Shown here: positions 1 to 8,274 of the stretch, piece by piece | Numbering within the stretch: the first letter of the stretch is position 1 | Layout of the letters: each line of letters starts with the position of its first letter | Sequence record: OQ703102.1 | Reading direction: 5' to 3' (one strand) | DNA from: Escherichia phage vB_EcoP-R1 | Length of the DNA: 40,875 nucleotides | Notes under the pieces: generated by a model | The model's database searches: none | Seen by the model: only the letters and a program-made list of their open reading frames with translations | Told to the model about the DNA's origin: nothing | Program-made: the position numbers and the translations under genes

Positions 1-394
1 GACGGGTCAGAATGTCGCGATACAGCGCCTGACGGTGCGTTTCGTCATGGGTCGCCAGCACTTCGCCGATCTCTTTATCAATCAGCGGCTTGTCGGCTAA
101 ACCTTGCTGTGCCTGGAAGTCAGCGTGCGACGGTACGCGCATTGAACTCAGGAAGGCGTGTGGATCGTATGGCGCGCCCCAGGTGCGGTGGAAAATCATG
201 CCAAAACGACCGTCGCGCTGACGAGCATAGATACTGCTCTCTTCTTCGCCAATCAGCGAGACATCTGCGCCAATCTGGCGCATATCAGCCTGAATGATTT
301 CCGCCATCGATTTGCTTAACGCATCGGTGCCGATGAACGACAGTTCAATGCGCAGCGGCTGACCATTTTTCTCGCGGATGTCTTTGCCAGCAGG
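1..394 (-). CDS. nikA: Internal fragment of a periplasmic solute-binding protein (SBP family 5, nickel-binding NikA-like); truncated by the window edge and by the junction with phage DNA
   Basis: Minus-strand frame open across 1-394, translating ...PAGKDIREKNGQPLRIELSFIGTDALSK...RDGRFGMIFHRTWGAPYDPHAFLSSMRVPSHADFQAQQGLADKPLIDKEIGEVLATHDETHRQALYRDILTR, which matches my recollection of E. coli NikA; GC-rich enterobacterial codon usage; no start or stop inside the window. The six-frame track misses it because it runs off the window. Confidence 0.55.
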
Positions 395-461
395 ATCCAT
401 ACGGATTGGGCGTACAGCAAGTAATAAACTTTATCTTTCAATTGAATAGGAGAATTATCAT

Positions 462-1511
462 ATGGCAAACGTTCCGGGTCAGAAATTAGGTACAGACCAA
501 GGTAAAGGCAAATCTGGTTCCGACGCTCTGGCGTTGTTCCTGAAGGTCTTTGCTGGCGAAGTCCTGACCGCATTCACTCGCCGCTCTGTAACTGCTGACA
601 AGCATATTGTCCGTACAATTCAGAACGGTAAGTCTGCTCAGTTCCCGGTCATGGGTCGCACCTCTGGTGTGTATCTGGCTCCGGGTGAGCGACTGTCCGA
701 TAAGCGCAAAGGTATCAAACATACCGAGAAAGTAATTACCATTGATGGTCTGCTGACTGCCGATGTGATGATTTTCGACATTGAAGACGCGATGAACCAC
801 TATGACGTGGCTGGTGAGTATTCCAACCAGTTGGGTGAAGCTCTGGCTATCGCTGCTGATGGTGCGGTTCTGGCTGAAACGGCTCTCCTGTGTAACCTCC
901 CAGCTGCATCCAACGAGAACATCGCGGGTCTGGGCACTGCGTCCGTACTGGAAGTTGGTAAGAAAGCTGACCTCAACACCCCGGCTAAACTGGGCGAAGC
1001 AATCATCGGTCAACTGACCATCGCTCGTGCGAAGCTGACCTCCAACTACGTTCCTGCTGGCGACCGTTATTTCTATACAACGCCGGACAACTACTCTGCA
1101 ATCCTCGCGGCTCTGATGCCGAACGCTGCTAACTATGCTGCGCTGATTGATCCAGAGACTGGTAACATCCGTAACGTGATGGGCTTCGTTGTTGTTGAAG
1201 TTCCGCATCTGGTACAGGGTGGCGCTGGTGAGACCCGTGGTGCCGATGGTATCTCTATCGCTTCCGGCCAGAAACACGCATTCCCAGCAACTGCTACTGG
1301 CGACGTTAAAGTTGCTATGGATAACGTTGTGGGTCTGTTCTCTCACCGTTCTGCTGTGGGTACTGTGAAGCTGCGTGACTTGGCGCTGGAACGTGACCGT
1401 GACGTCGATGCTCAGGGCGACCTGATTGTCGGTAAATACGCTATGGGTCACGGTGGTCTGCGTCCTGAAGCGGCGGGTGCGCTGGTTTTCACAGCAGCGT
1501 CAGCGGTCTAA
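462..1511 (+). CDS. 10A: Major capsid protein (T7 gp10A homolog)
   Basis: 349 aa; MANVPGQKLGTDQGKGK...LALFLKVFAGEVLTAF...KHTEKVITIDGLLTADV...DIEDAMNHYDV...KYAMGHGGLRPEAAG closely parallels T7 gp10A; RBS AGGAG 8-10 nt upstream. Confidence 0.95.
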   Translation: MANVPGQKLGTDQGKGKSGSDALALFLKVFAGEVLTAFTRRSVTADKHIVRTIQNGKSAQFPVMGRTSGVYLAPGERLSDKRKGIKHTEKVITIDGLLTADVMIFDIEDAMNHYDVAGEYSNQLGEALAIAADGAVLAETALLCNLPAASNENIAGLGTASVLEVGKKADLNTPAKLGEAIIGQLTIARAKLTSNYVPAGDRYFYTTPDNYSAILAALMPNAANYAALIDPETGNIRNVMGFVVVEVPHLVQGGAGETRGADGISIASGQKHAFPATATGDVKVAMDNVVGLFSHRSAVGTVKLRDLALERDRDVDAQGDLIVGKYAMGHGGLRPEAAGALVFTAASAV

Positions 1512-1774
1512 CGACCTTTAAGGCCCTCTCTACAGAGGGTCCTACCTTAGAGACGTACAGTTCTACGGTGGGGACCAGCCTGAAGGTTGACTTACCTGAG
1601 CTTTCAGACGTGACCGATTGGTCGCTGCTTGAGGTGACTACGCCTGATGGTGTTAGCTACTCCCGTAGAACCAACAGTCTCTACTTCAAGGCCACCTCTG
1701 GCGCGGAAGGTCTGGTGATTGTTGGATATGACGGTTCGCCTGTGCGTTCCTTCAACGTATCTTTCACAAACTAA
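462..1774 (+). CDS. 10B: Minor capsid protein 10B, predicted product of a programmed -1 ribosomal frameshift near the end of 10A
   Basis: Slippery heptamer G GTT TTC at 1484-1490, 20 nt before the 10A stop; the -1 frame is open from 1490 to a TAA at 1772-1774 (the track ORF 1568..1774 is part of this frame). Same arrangement as T7 10A/10B. Confidence 0.45.
1484..1490 (+). promoter_or_regulatory. Putative -1 frameshift slippery site GGTTTTC
   Basis: Heptamer identical to the T7 gene 10 frameshift site as I recall it; sits at the end of the capsid gene with an open -1 frame downstream. Confidence 0.45.
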
Positions 1775-1780
1775 TTGAAA

Positions 1781-1817
1781 CCCCTTGGGTGCCTTCGGGT
1801 GCTTGAGGGGTTTTTTG
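1781..1817 (+). terminator. Phage RNAP terminator (T-phi-like) after the capsid gene
   Basis: CCCCTTGGGTGCCTTCGGGTGCTTGAGGGG hairpin followed by TTTTTTG; position and sequence resemble T7 T-phi. Confidence 0.6.
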
Positions 1818-1933
1818 CTTAAAGTGAGGATGATTATGTTTTACTTACTTACAGCCTTGGGACTATTTGTTAGTTTCTGGGCGATTATATTATTAACCGG
1901 ACCATGCAGTCCTTACGACAGATAGGAGGGAGT

Positions 1934-2500
1934 ATGGCTCAATACATTCCACTGAATGCTAACGATGACTTAGACGCTATCAACGATATGTTAGCTGCTA
2001 TCGGTGAACCAGCAGTCCTACAGCTTGACGAGGGTAACGCTGACGTCTCTAACGCTCAACGTATCCTACATCGTGTCAATCGTCAGGTCCAAGCTAAAGG
2101 CTGGAACTTTAACATCAACGAAGCTGCTGTCCTGACACCTGATGTCCAAGACAATAGGATTCGATTCTTGCCGTCATACCTTCGTGTAATGACCGCTGGG
2201 GCCACCAGCTACTACAGCAACATGGGTGGATACCTGTACGACCTGTCCACTCAGTCGACCACTTTCACCGACCCTATCACGGTAGAGCTTGTGGAGATGA
2301 AGCCATTCTCAGAGATGCCTGTGGTCTTCAGGGACTACATCGTCACTAAAGCTAGCCGTGAGTTCAACGCTAAGTTCTTCGGTAGCCCAGAGTCTGAATT
2401 GTACCTTCGTGAGCAGGAAGCAGAACTCTATCAGCAGGTCATGGAATACGAGATGGATACTGGTCGCTACAACATGATGTCCGACATTGGGAGAGACTAA
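1934..2500 (+). CDS. 11: Tail tubular protein A (gp11 homolog)
   Basis: Start chosen at ATG 1934 behind GGAGGGAG (track ORF starts earlier at 1904); MAQYIPLNAND...AAIGEP...NAQRILHRVNRQVQAKGWNFNINE...VTKASREFNAKFFGSPE...MEYEMD parallels T7 gp11; position after capsid. Confidence 0.85.
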   Translation: MAQYIPLNANDDLDAINDMLAAIGEPAVLQLDEGNADVSNAQRILHRVNRQVQAKGWNFNINEAAVLTPDVQDNRIRFLPSYLRVMTAGATSYYSNMGGYLYDLSTQSTTFTDPITVELVEMKPFSEMPVVFRDYIVTKASREFNAKFFGSPESELYLREQEAELYQQVMEYEMDTGRYNMMSDIGRD

Positions 2501-4857
2501 TGCCACTAATTACTCAATCAATCAAGAACCTTAAGGGTGGCATTAGCCAACAGCCTGACATACTGAGGTTCTCAGACCAAGGCGAGTCACAGGTTAACTG
2601 CTGGTCATCAGAGAGTGATGGCCTCCAGAAGCGTCCACCTACAGTCTTCAAGCGACGTCTTAACATCGACGTTGGGAGCCACCCTAAGTTCCACCTGATT
2701 AACCGTGATGAGCAGGAGCAGTATTACATCGTGTTCAACGGGTCCAACATTCAGGTAGTTGACTTGAGCGGTAATCAATACTCAGTTTCCGGTGCGGTAG
2801 ACTACGTTAAGTCGCCCAACCCGCGAGATTACATCCGTGTCGTTACCGTTGCAGACTATACGTTCATCGTGAACCGTAAGGTTGTCGTTAAAGGTGGAAG
2901 CGAGACATCACACTCTGGTTATAATCGTAAAGCTCGTGCTTTAATTAACCTGCGTGGTGGACAGTATGGTCGCACCCTTAAGGTAGGAATCAACGGAGGA
3001 GTTAAGGTTGAGCATAAGTTGCCAGCAGGTAATGATGCCGAGAATGACCCTCCTAAGGTGGATGCTCAGGCCATCGGTGCAGCTCTGAGAGACCTTCTTG
3101 TTGCTGCTTACCCTACCTTCACGTTCGACCTTGGGTCTGGATTCCTGTTAATCACTGCCCCTTCAGGGACTGACATTAACTCAGTGGAGACGGAGGATGG
3201 CTACGCTAACCAGCTAATCAGTCCAGTACTCGACACGGTGCAAACAATCTCTAAGTTGCCTCTTGCGGCTCCAAATGGGTACATCATTAAGATTCAAGGG
3301 GAGACCAACAGTAGCGCCGATGAATATTACGTGATGTATGACTCCAACACTAAGACGTGGAAGGAGACAGTAGAGCCGGGAGTGGTCACTGGGTTTGATA
3401 ACACCACAATGCCTCATGCTCTGGTTAGACAATCTGACGGCTCCTTTGAGTTCAAGACTCTGGACTGGTCTAAGCGTGGTGCTGGTAATGATGACACAAA
3501 CCCTATGCCTAGCTTCGTGGATGCCACGATTAACGATGTGTTCTTCTACAGGAATAGGCTGGGGTTCTTGTCAGGCGAGAACGTGATCATGAGCCGTTCA
3601 GCAAGCTACTTTGCGTTCTTCCCTAAGAGTGTGGCGACACTGAGTGATGATGATCCTATTGACGTAGCTGTAAGTCACCCTAGAATCTCAATCCTTAAGT
3701 ATGCCGTTCCGTTTAGCGAGCAGCTACTACTTTGGTCGGATGAGGTTCAGTTCGTGATGACAAGCTCTGGGGTCCTTACCTCGAAGTCTATCCAGCTTGA
3801 TGTAGGCTCAGAGTTTGCCCTAGGTGACAATGCCAGACCGTTCGCTGTAGGACGCTCAGTCTTCTTCTCAGCTCCTCGTGGGTCATTCACCAGTATTAAG
3901 CGATACTTCGCTGTAGCTGATGTATCTGATGTGAAGGATGCAGATGATACAACAGGTCACGTACTGTCCTACATCCCTAACGGGGTGTTTGATATTCAAG
4001 GTACAGGTACTGAGAACTACATCTGCGTCAACTCTACAGGTGCATACAACCGAATCTACATCTACAAGTTCTTGTTTAAGGACGGAGTACAGCTTCAAGC
4101 CTCTTGGTCACACTGGGAGTTCCCTAAAGATGATAAGATTCTGGCGTCTGCTTCTATTGGCTCTACCATGTTCATCGTTCGTCAGCACCAAGGAGGGGTA
4201 GACATTGAGCACCTTAAGTTCATCAAGGAGGCAACTGACTTCCCCTCAGAGCCATATAGACTACACATTGACTCCAAGGTGTCTATGGTAATTCCAATTG
4301 GCTCATATAATGCTGACACCTATAAGACTACGGTTGACATTGGTGCTGCTTATGGTGGCAACGCTCCGTCTCCCGGTCGGTACTATCTGATTGACAGTCA
4401 GGGTGCTTATGTGGACCTTGGGGACTTGTCCAGTATCTCTACTGTGATTACCCTCAACGGCGATTGGTCAGGACGTACAGTGTTCATCGGACGGCCCTAT
4501 CTGATGTCCTACAAGTTCTCACGGTTCCTGATTAAGATTGAAGATGATAGTGGCACTCAGTCTGAAGACACTGGTCGTCTACAGCTTCGTCGGGCTTGGG
4601 TCAACTACAAGGACACTGGCGCTCTGAGACTCATTGTCAGAAACGGTGAGCGGGAGTTCGTGAATACCTTCAACGGGTACACCCTTGGTCAGCAAACCAT
4701 CGGTACTACAAACATTGGTGACGGGCAGTATCGATTCGCTATGAATGGTAACGCATTAACCACGAGTCTAACCTTAGAGTCCGACTATCCTACCCCAGTG
4801 TCCATCGTTGGGTGTGGCTGGGAGGCATCATACGCTAAGAAAGCTCGTTCAGTCTAA
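2500..4857 (+). CDS. 12: Tail tubular protein B (gp12 homolog)
   Basis: 785 aa (T7 gp12 is 794 aa); conserved position; start overlaps gene 11 stop (TAATG). Confidence 0.88.
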   Translation: MPLITQSIKNLKGGISQQPDILRFSDQGESQVNCWSSESDGLQKRPPTVFKRRLNIDVGSHPKFHLINRDEQEQYYIVFNGSNIQVVDLSGNQYSVSGAVDYVKSPNPRDYIRVVTVADYTFIVNRKVVVKGGSETSHSGYNRKARALINLRGGQYGRTLKVGINGGVKVEHKLPAGNDAENDPPKVDAQAIGAALRDLLVAAYPTFTFDLGSGFLLITAPSGTDINSVETEDGYANQLISPVLDTVQTISKLPLAAPNGYIIKIQGETNSSADEYYVMYDSNTKTWKETVEPGVVTGFDNTTMPHALVRQSDGSFEFKTLDWSKRGAGNDDTNPMPSFVDATINDVFFYRNRLGFLSGENVIMSRSASYFAFFPKSVATLSDDDPIDVAVSHPRISILKYAVPFSEQLLLWSDEVQFVMTSSGVLTSKSIQLDVGSEFALGDNARPFAVGRSVFFSAPRGSFTSIKRYFAVADVSDVKDADDTTGHVLSYIPNGVFDIQGTGTENYICVNSTGAYNRIYIYKFLFKDGVQLQASWSHWEFPKDDKILASASIGSTMFIVRQHQGGVDIEHLKFIKEATDFPSEPYRLHIDSKVSMVIPIGSYNADTYKTTVDIGAAYGGNAPSPGRYYLIDSQGAYVDLGDLSSISTVITLNGDWSGRTVFIGRPYLMSYKFSRFLIKIEDDSGTQSEDTGRLQLRRAWVNYKDTGALRLIVRNGEREFVNTFNGYTLGQQTIGTTNIGDGQYRFAMNGNALTTSLTLESDYPTPVSIVGCGWEASYAKKARSV

Positions 4858-4882
4858 CTTATTGAAGGGCCTATAGATTTAC

Positions 4883-4905
4883 CTTAACTATCACTATAGG
4901 GACTA
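4883..4905 (+). promoter_or_regulatory. Phage RNAP promoter (phi13-like)
   Basis: CCTTAACTATCACTATAGGGACT; predicted +1 G at 4900; same 23-bp family recurs 10 times in the window. Confidence 0.8.
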
Positions 4906-4933
4906 TAGGCCATTAAGGTTATAAGGAGACTTT

Positions 4934-5404
4934 ATGTATATTCGCAAGGCTACGGAACCGGATGTCCACTACTTTCTGTGGCATCTTTCAGCAGATGATG
5001 TTAATGAGTGCAAAGCAAACTACGGGTCAACCGTTGGTCTCTCTGAAAGACTGCTTAAGCACCTATCTCCGTCATCTGTGGTTTTAACGAACGGTGTAGG
5101 CGAAGTGTTTGCCTATGGTGGAAACCAAGGGGATAACGTATGGTTCTTGACTTCAGGTCTGGTCAACAAGCTGAGACCTAAAGAGAAGCGAGAGTTCATA
5201 AAGCGTATCTCTGAGTACAGGGACTTAATGTTAGACCAATACGGGACCATCTGGAACTACGTGTGGTCAGGCAATAAGTCTCACATTAAATTCTTGAAGT
5301 TGATTGGGGCTAAGTTCCATGATGATTGGACTATCAGCCCGGTAACTGGTGAGCGTTTTCAATTATTCACTATCTCTAAGGAGGACGTATGTGTGAACCC
5401 GTAA
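4934..5404 (+). CDS. 13: Internal virion protein A (gp13 position)
   Basis: 156 aa ORF directly after the phi13-like promoter and before gp14; assigned by position and size. Confidence 0.6.
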   Translation: MYIRKATEPDVHYFLWHLSADDVNECKANYGSTVGLSERLLKHLSPSSVVLTNGVGEVFAYGGNQGDNVWFLTSGLVNKLRPKEKREFIKRISEYRDLMLDQYGTIWNYVWSGNKSHIKFLKLIGAKFHDDWTISPVTGERFQLFTISKEDVCVNP

Positions 5405-5976
5405 GTATCGGTCTAGGAATCATGGCTGTAGCCGGGGCCACTATGTCCGCATCCCAACAGGCCAAGGCAGAAGGTGCAGCAATTGACGCTCAGAACCGAC
5501 AGGCTCAGGAAATGGTTAAGCAGATGAACTACTCTGACGCCAACCTGAAGATGCAGGAGCGAGACCTGAAGGAGCAGCAGATGGCTGAACTGACAGAGAC
5601 CACTCTAAACGGTATCCGCAATCAGGGGATGGTCCGAGCTGCAGTGGCTGAGTCAGGTCTGGAAGGTAACTCTATGGACAGGATTGAACGTCAGGTCGAA
5701 GGAGATACAGTCAAGGAGCGAGCAGGGATTACCGAAAGTTACAACCGCGACTATGCGGCTATCTTCGGGAACCGTATCGCCAACATTGAGAACACCAAGT
5801 CTGCTATCCGTGGTCAAGGTAAAATCATCAAGACCAGTCCACTGGCCCATGCACTTAATGTTGCTAACGCCGGGATGCAAGGTTACGCTGCTGGTGAATC
5901 AATGTCTGGGTCATCCAGCTCTGGCGGTTCTGCACCAATTAGGGCTGCTAAAGGCACACCTACAGGTCATAGCTAA
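5389..5976 (+). CDS. 14: Internal virion protein B (gp14 homolog)
   Basis: 195 aa; MCEPVSIGLGIM...SMDRIERQVEGD...NRDYAAIFGN...GTPTGHS resembles T7 gp14 (196 aa); RBS AAGGAGGA. Confidence 0.8.
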   Translation: MCEPVSIGLGIMAVAGATMSASQQAKAEGAAIDAQNRQAQEMVKQMNYSDANLKMQERDLKEQQMAELTETTLNGIRNQGMVRAAVAESGLEGNSMDRIERQVEGDTVKERAGITESYNRDYAAIFGNRIANIENTKSAIRGQGKIIKTSPLAHALNVANAGMQGYAAGESMSGSSSSGGSAPIRAAKGTPTGHS

Positions 5977-5987
5977 GAGGAGGACTA

Positions 5988-8270
5988 ATGGCTAGTAATA
6001 TTGAATCAGCTCTGGCTAATCGGACTATGGGTCGCGGCAGAGCGCCGGGTAAAACTATCGCCGTAAACTATCAAGCAGCCAGCGTTCAGGCTCCGACTGG
6101 TGACTCCGGTCTGGCTCGTGCGTTAACCAACTTCGTTGAGTCTGGGACTGGATTGTACAAGCAGTTCAAGGACGATGAAAAGACACGGGCCGACGAGAGG
6201 TCTAACGAGATTATCCGTAAGCTGACACCTCAGCAAAGACGTGAGGCTATCCAGAACGGCACATTGCTGTATCAGGATGACCCTTACGCTATGGAAGCAC
6301 TTCGAGTCAAGACTGGTCGTAATGCTGCCTTTGCTGTAGACGACGAGATTAACGTTAAGATTCAGAACGGTGAGTTCCGTACACGTCAGGACATGGAAGA
6401 GTATCGCCACCAGCGACTTCAGGATGCCGCTAAGTCCTATGCTGAAGAGGCAGGTATTAACCCTACCGACGAGTTCTTCCAGCGTGGCTTCAACGATAAC
6501 ATCACGGACAGAAACATCGCTATCTATGGGTCTTTCAATAAGTATTTCAGCAAGCAGTCTGAAGAGACAGCAATGTTGAACACTCGTATTGAGATGAACT
6601 CATTCCTGAACGATGGCGACCTGATGCGTTCACCTGAGTCTGGCAAGACATTCATGGCCTACCTTCGGGATGGATTGACGACTGCTGCTATACCTTCGGA
6701 CCAGAGAGCACGGGAGGTCATTACCCAGACGGTCCGTGACGCAATCCAGAAGTCCGGCGGCTCAAACTTCCTACAGCAAGTACGAGGCGAGAGAATCACC
6801 CTTAACGGTGTAGATGCTACAGTCGAAGAGATTGTAGGACCGGATGTCTTCAACGCTGCTATTGTTGAGGCACAAGGTACTGAGTATAAACTGGTGGCTA
6901 AGTATCAGGAAGACTTGTCGTTAGGCGTTCAGTCTGCGATTCTTCAGGATGACCCAACCATCGGTCTGGCCCAGATTCAGAAACTCAAGGAGCAGAACAA
7001 CCTGCTTCAGCCGGGTGAAGAACTAACGCCTCAGCGTCAGATGCTTATTAACGCCGAAGCCAGCTTACTGGAAGCGGTCAAGCGTAAGTCTGCTGAACAG
7101 GCAAAGGAGAACACTAAGTTAATCCAGACCCAGAACAAGCAACTGGTCATCGACCAAGTTTATCAGCGACGTCTGGCTGGGGACAACGTGTCCACCAACT
7201 ATGAGGACCTTCCGGTCTCTGAAGCTACAGGAGAGTTCAAGCGTTCAGACATGAACAACTATGCGTCTGCTAAGCTACAGCAGATTGACCAGATGGACAT
7301 CCCTGAGGCTGCTAAGGACGCACAGAAGGTTGCATTATTAAGAGCTGACACTAACAACGGTCCGTTCCGTAATGCCTTCCAGACGCTGACTCAGGACGCT
7401 GCTGGTGAGTGGCAAGCTGCGGTCATCCGTGGGAAGTACGACCCAGACAAGATGCAACGCTTCGAATCTCTTCGTCGTGCCTACACTCAGGACCCTTCAA
7501 GTTTTTCTGCTCTGTATCCTGACCAAGCTCAGTTGTTCTCTACGTTCGACCAGATGGACAAGATGGGTCTGGACCCTCAGACGATGATTGAAGCTGATAA
7601 GCAAGCTGCAAGTCAAAGCCGTGAGATGCGCATGGAGTCAGACAAGGCGTGGCAGGAGTTGAAGAATGACTCTCGGAATAAGGACCTTTCGCGTCTTCCT
7701 ACGTCTCTGGACGCAAGTGCTCGTAAGGTCTGGGACTCATGGTACTATCGTACAGGTAACGCTGACGCTGCAACTCAGCAGACTCAACGCTGGCTGAATG
7801 AGAACACCGTAACGTTCCAGTCTGAAGGTTCTGACGGTAAGTCCATCGGCATGGTGTCCAAGCACCAGCTTATGGTCGGGGATAACCCAGAGTCGTGGCA
7901 GGTGGGTCGAGACATTATCGACACCGCTCGTAAGCAGCTCATTAAGGCCAACCCTTGGGTAGTGAACTCTCAGTTGTCCGTTGTTGAACAGAACGGCTCT
8001 ATCTTCCTCCAAGACGCTACAGGGACTATTCGTATTCGGTACGATAAAGAACTTGTAGGTAAACTCTACCGCGAACAACAGCAGAAGGCACAAGATGCCG
8101 CATACGCTCAGGCAGAACGTGACGCTAACAAGCGAGCGCGTATCGTCGGGACTAAAGCTGCTGGTGACAAACGTCGAGCTGACCGAGAGGCCAACATCGA
8201 GAAGCGCGGTGGGATGTACAATGACGTCTCACTGGAGGGTATCGCAAAAGTACTAATTGGTAAGGAGTAA
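5988..8270 (+). CDS. 15: Internal virion protein C (gp15 homolog)
   Basis: 760 aa (T7 gp15 747 aa); conserved position between gp14 and gp16; strong RBS. Confidence 0.8.
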   Translation: MASNIESALANRTMGRGRAPGKTIAVNYQAASVQAPTGDSGLARALTNFVESGTGLYKQFKDDEKTRADERSNEIIRKLTPQQRREAIQNGTLLYQDDPYAMEALRVKTGRNAAFAVDDEINVKIQNGEFRTRQDMEEYRHQRLQDAAKSYAEEAGINPTDEFFQRGFNDNITDRNIAIYGSFNKYFSKQSEETAMLNTRIEMNSFLNDGDLMRSPESGKTFMAYLRDGLTTAAIPSDQRAREVITQTVRDAIQKSGGSNFLQQVRGERITLNGVDATVEEIVGPDVFNAAIVEAQGTEYKLVAKYQEDLSLGVQSAILQDDPTIGLAQIQKLKEQNNLLQPGEELTPQRQMLINAEASLLEAVKRKSAEQAKENTKLIQTQNKQLVIDQVYQRRLAGDNVSTNYEDLPVSEATGEFKRSDMNNYASAKLQQIDQMDIPEAAKDAQKVALLRADTNNGPFRNAFQTLTQDAAGEWQAAVIRGKYDPDKMQRFESLRRAYTQDPSSFSALYPDQAQLFSTFDQMDKMGLDPQTMIEADKQAASQSREMRMESDKAWQELKNDSRNKDLSRLPTSLDASARKVWDSWYYRTGNADAATQQTQRWLNENTVTFQSEGSDGKSIGMVSKHQLMVGDNPESWQVGRDIIDTARKQLIKANPWVVNSQLSVVEQNGSIFLQDATGTIRIRYDKELVGKLYREQQQKAQDAAYAQAERDANKRARIVGTKAAGDKRRADREANIEKRGGMYNDVSLEGIAKVLIGKE

Positions 8271-8274
8271 CATA

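Noticed and set aside
486-1451. 321-aa minus-strand ORF antisense to the capsid gene
   Set aside because: Lies entirely within a strongly supported + strand gene, has no RBS or promoter context, and T7-like genomes are transcribed only left to right; it is a chance antisense frame.
1568-1774. 68-aa ORF downstream of the capsid gene as an independent gene
   Set aside because: It has no RBS, is in the -1 frame relative to 10A and follows a GGTTTTC slippery site, so it is better explained as the 10B frameshift extension.
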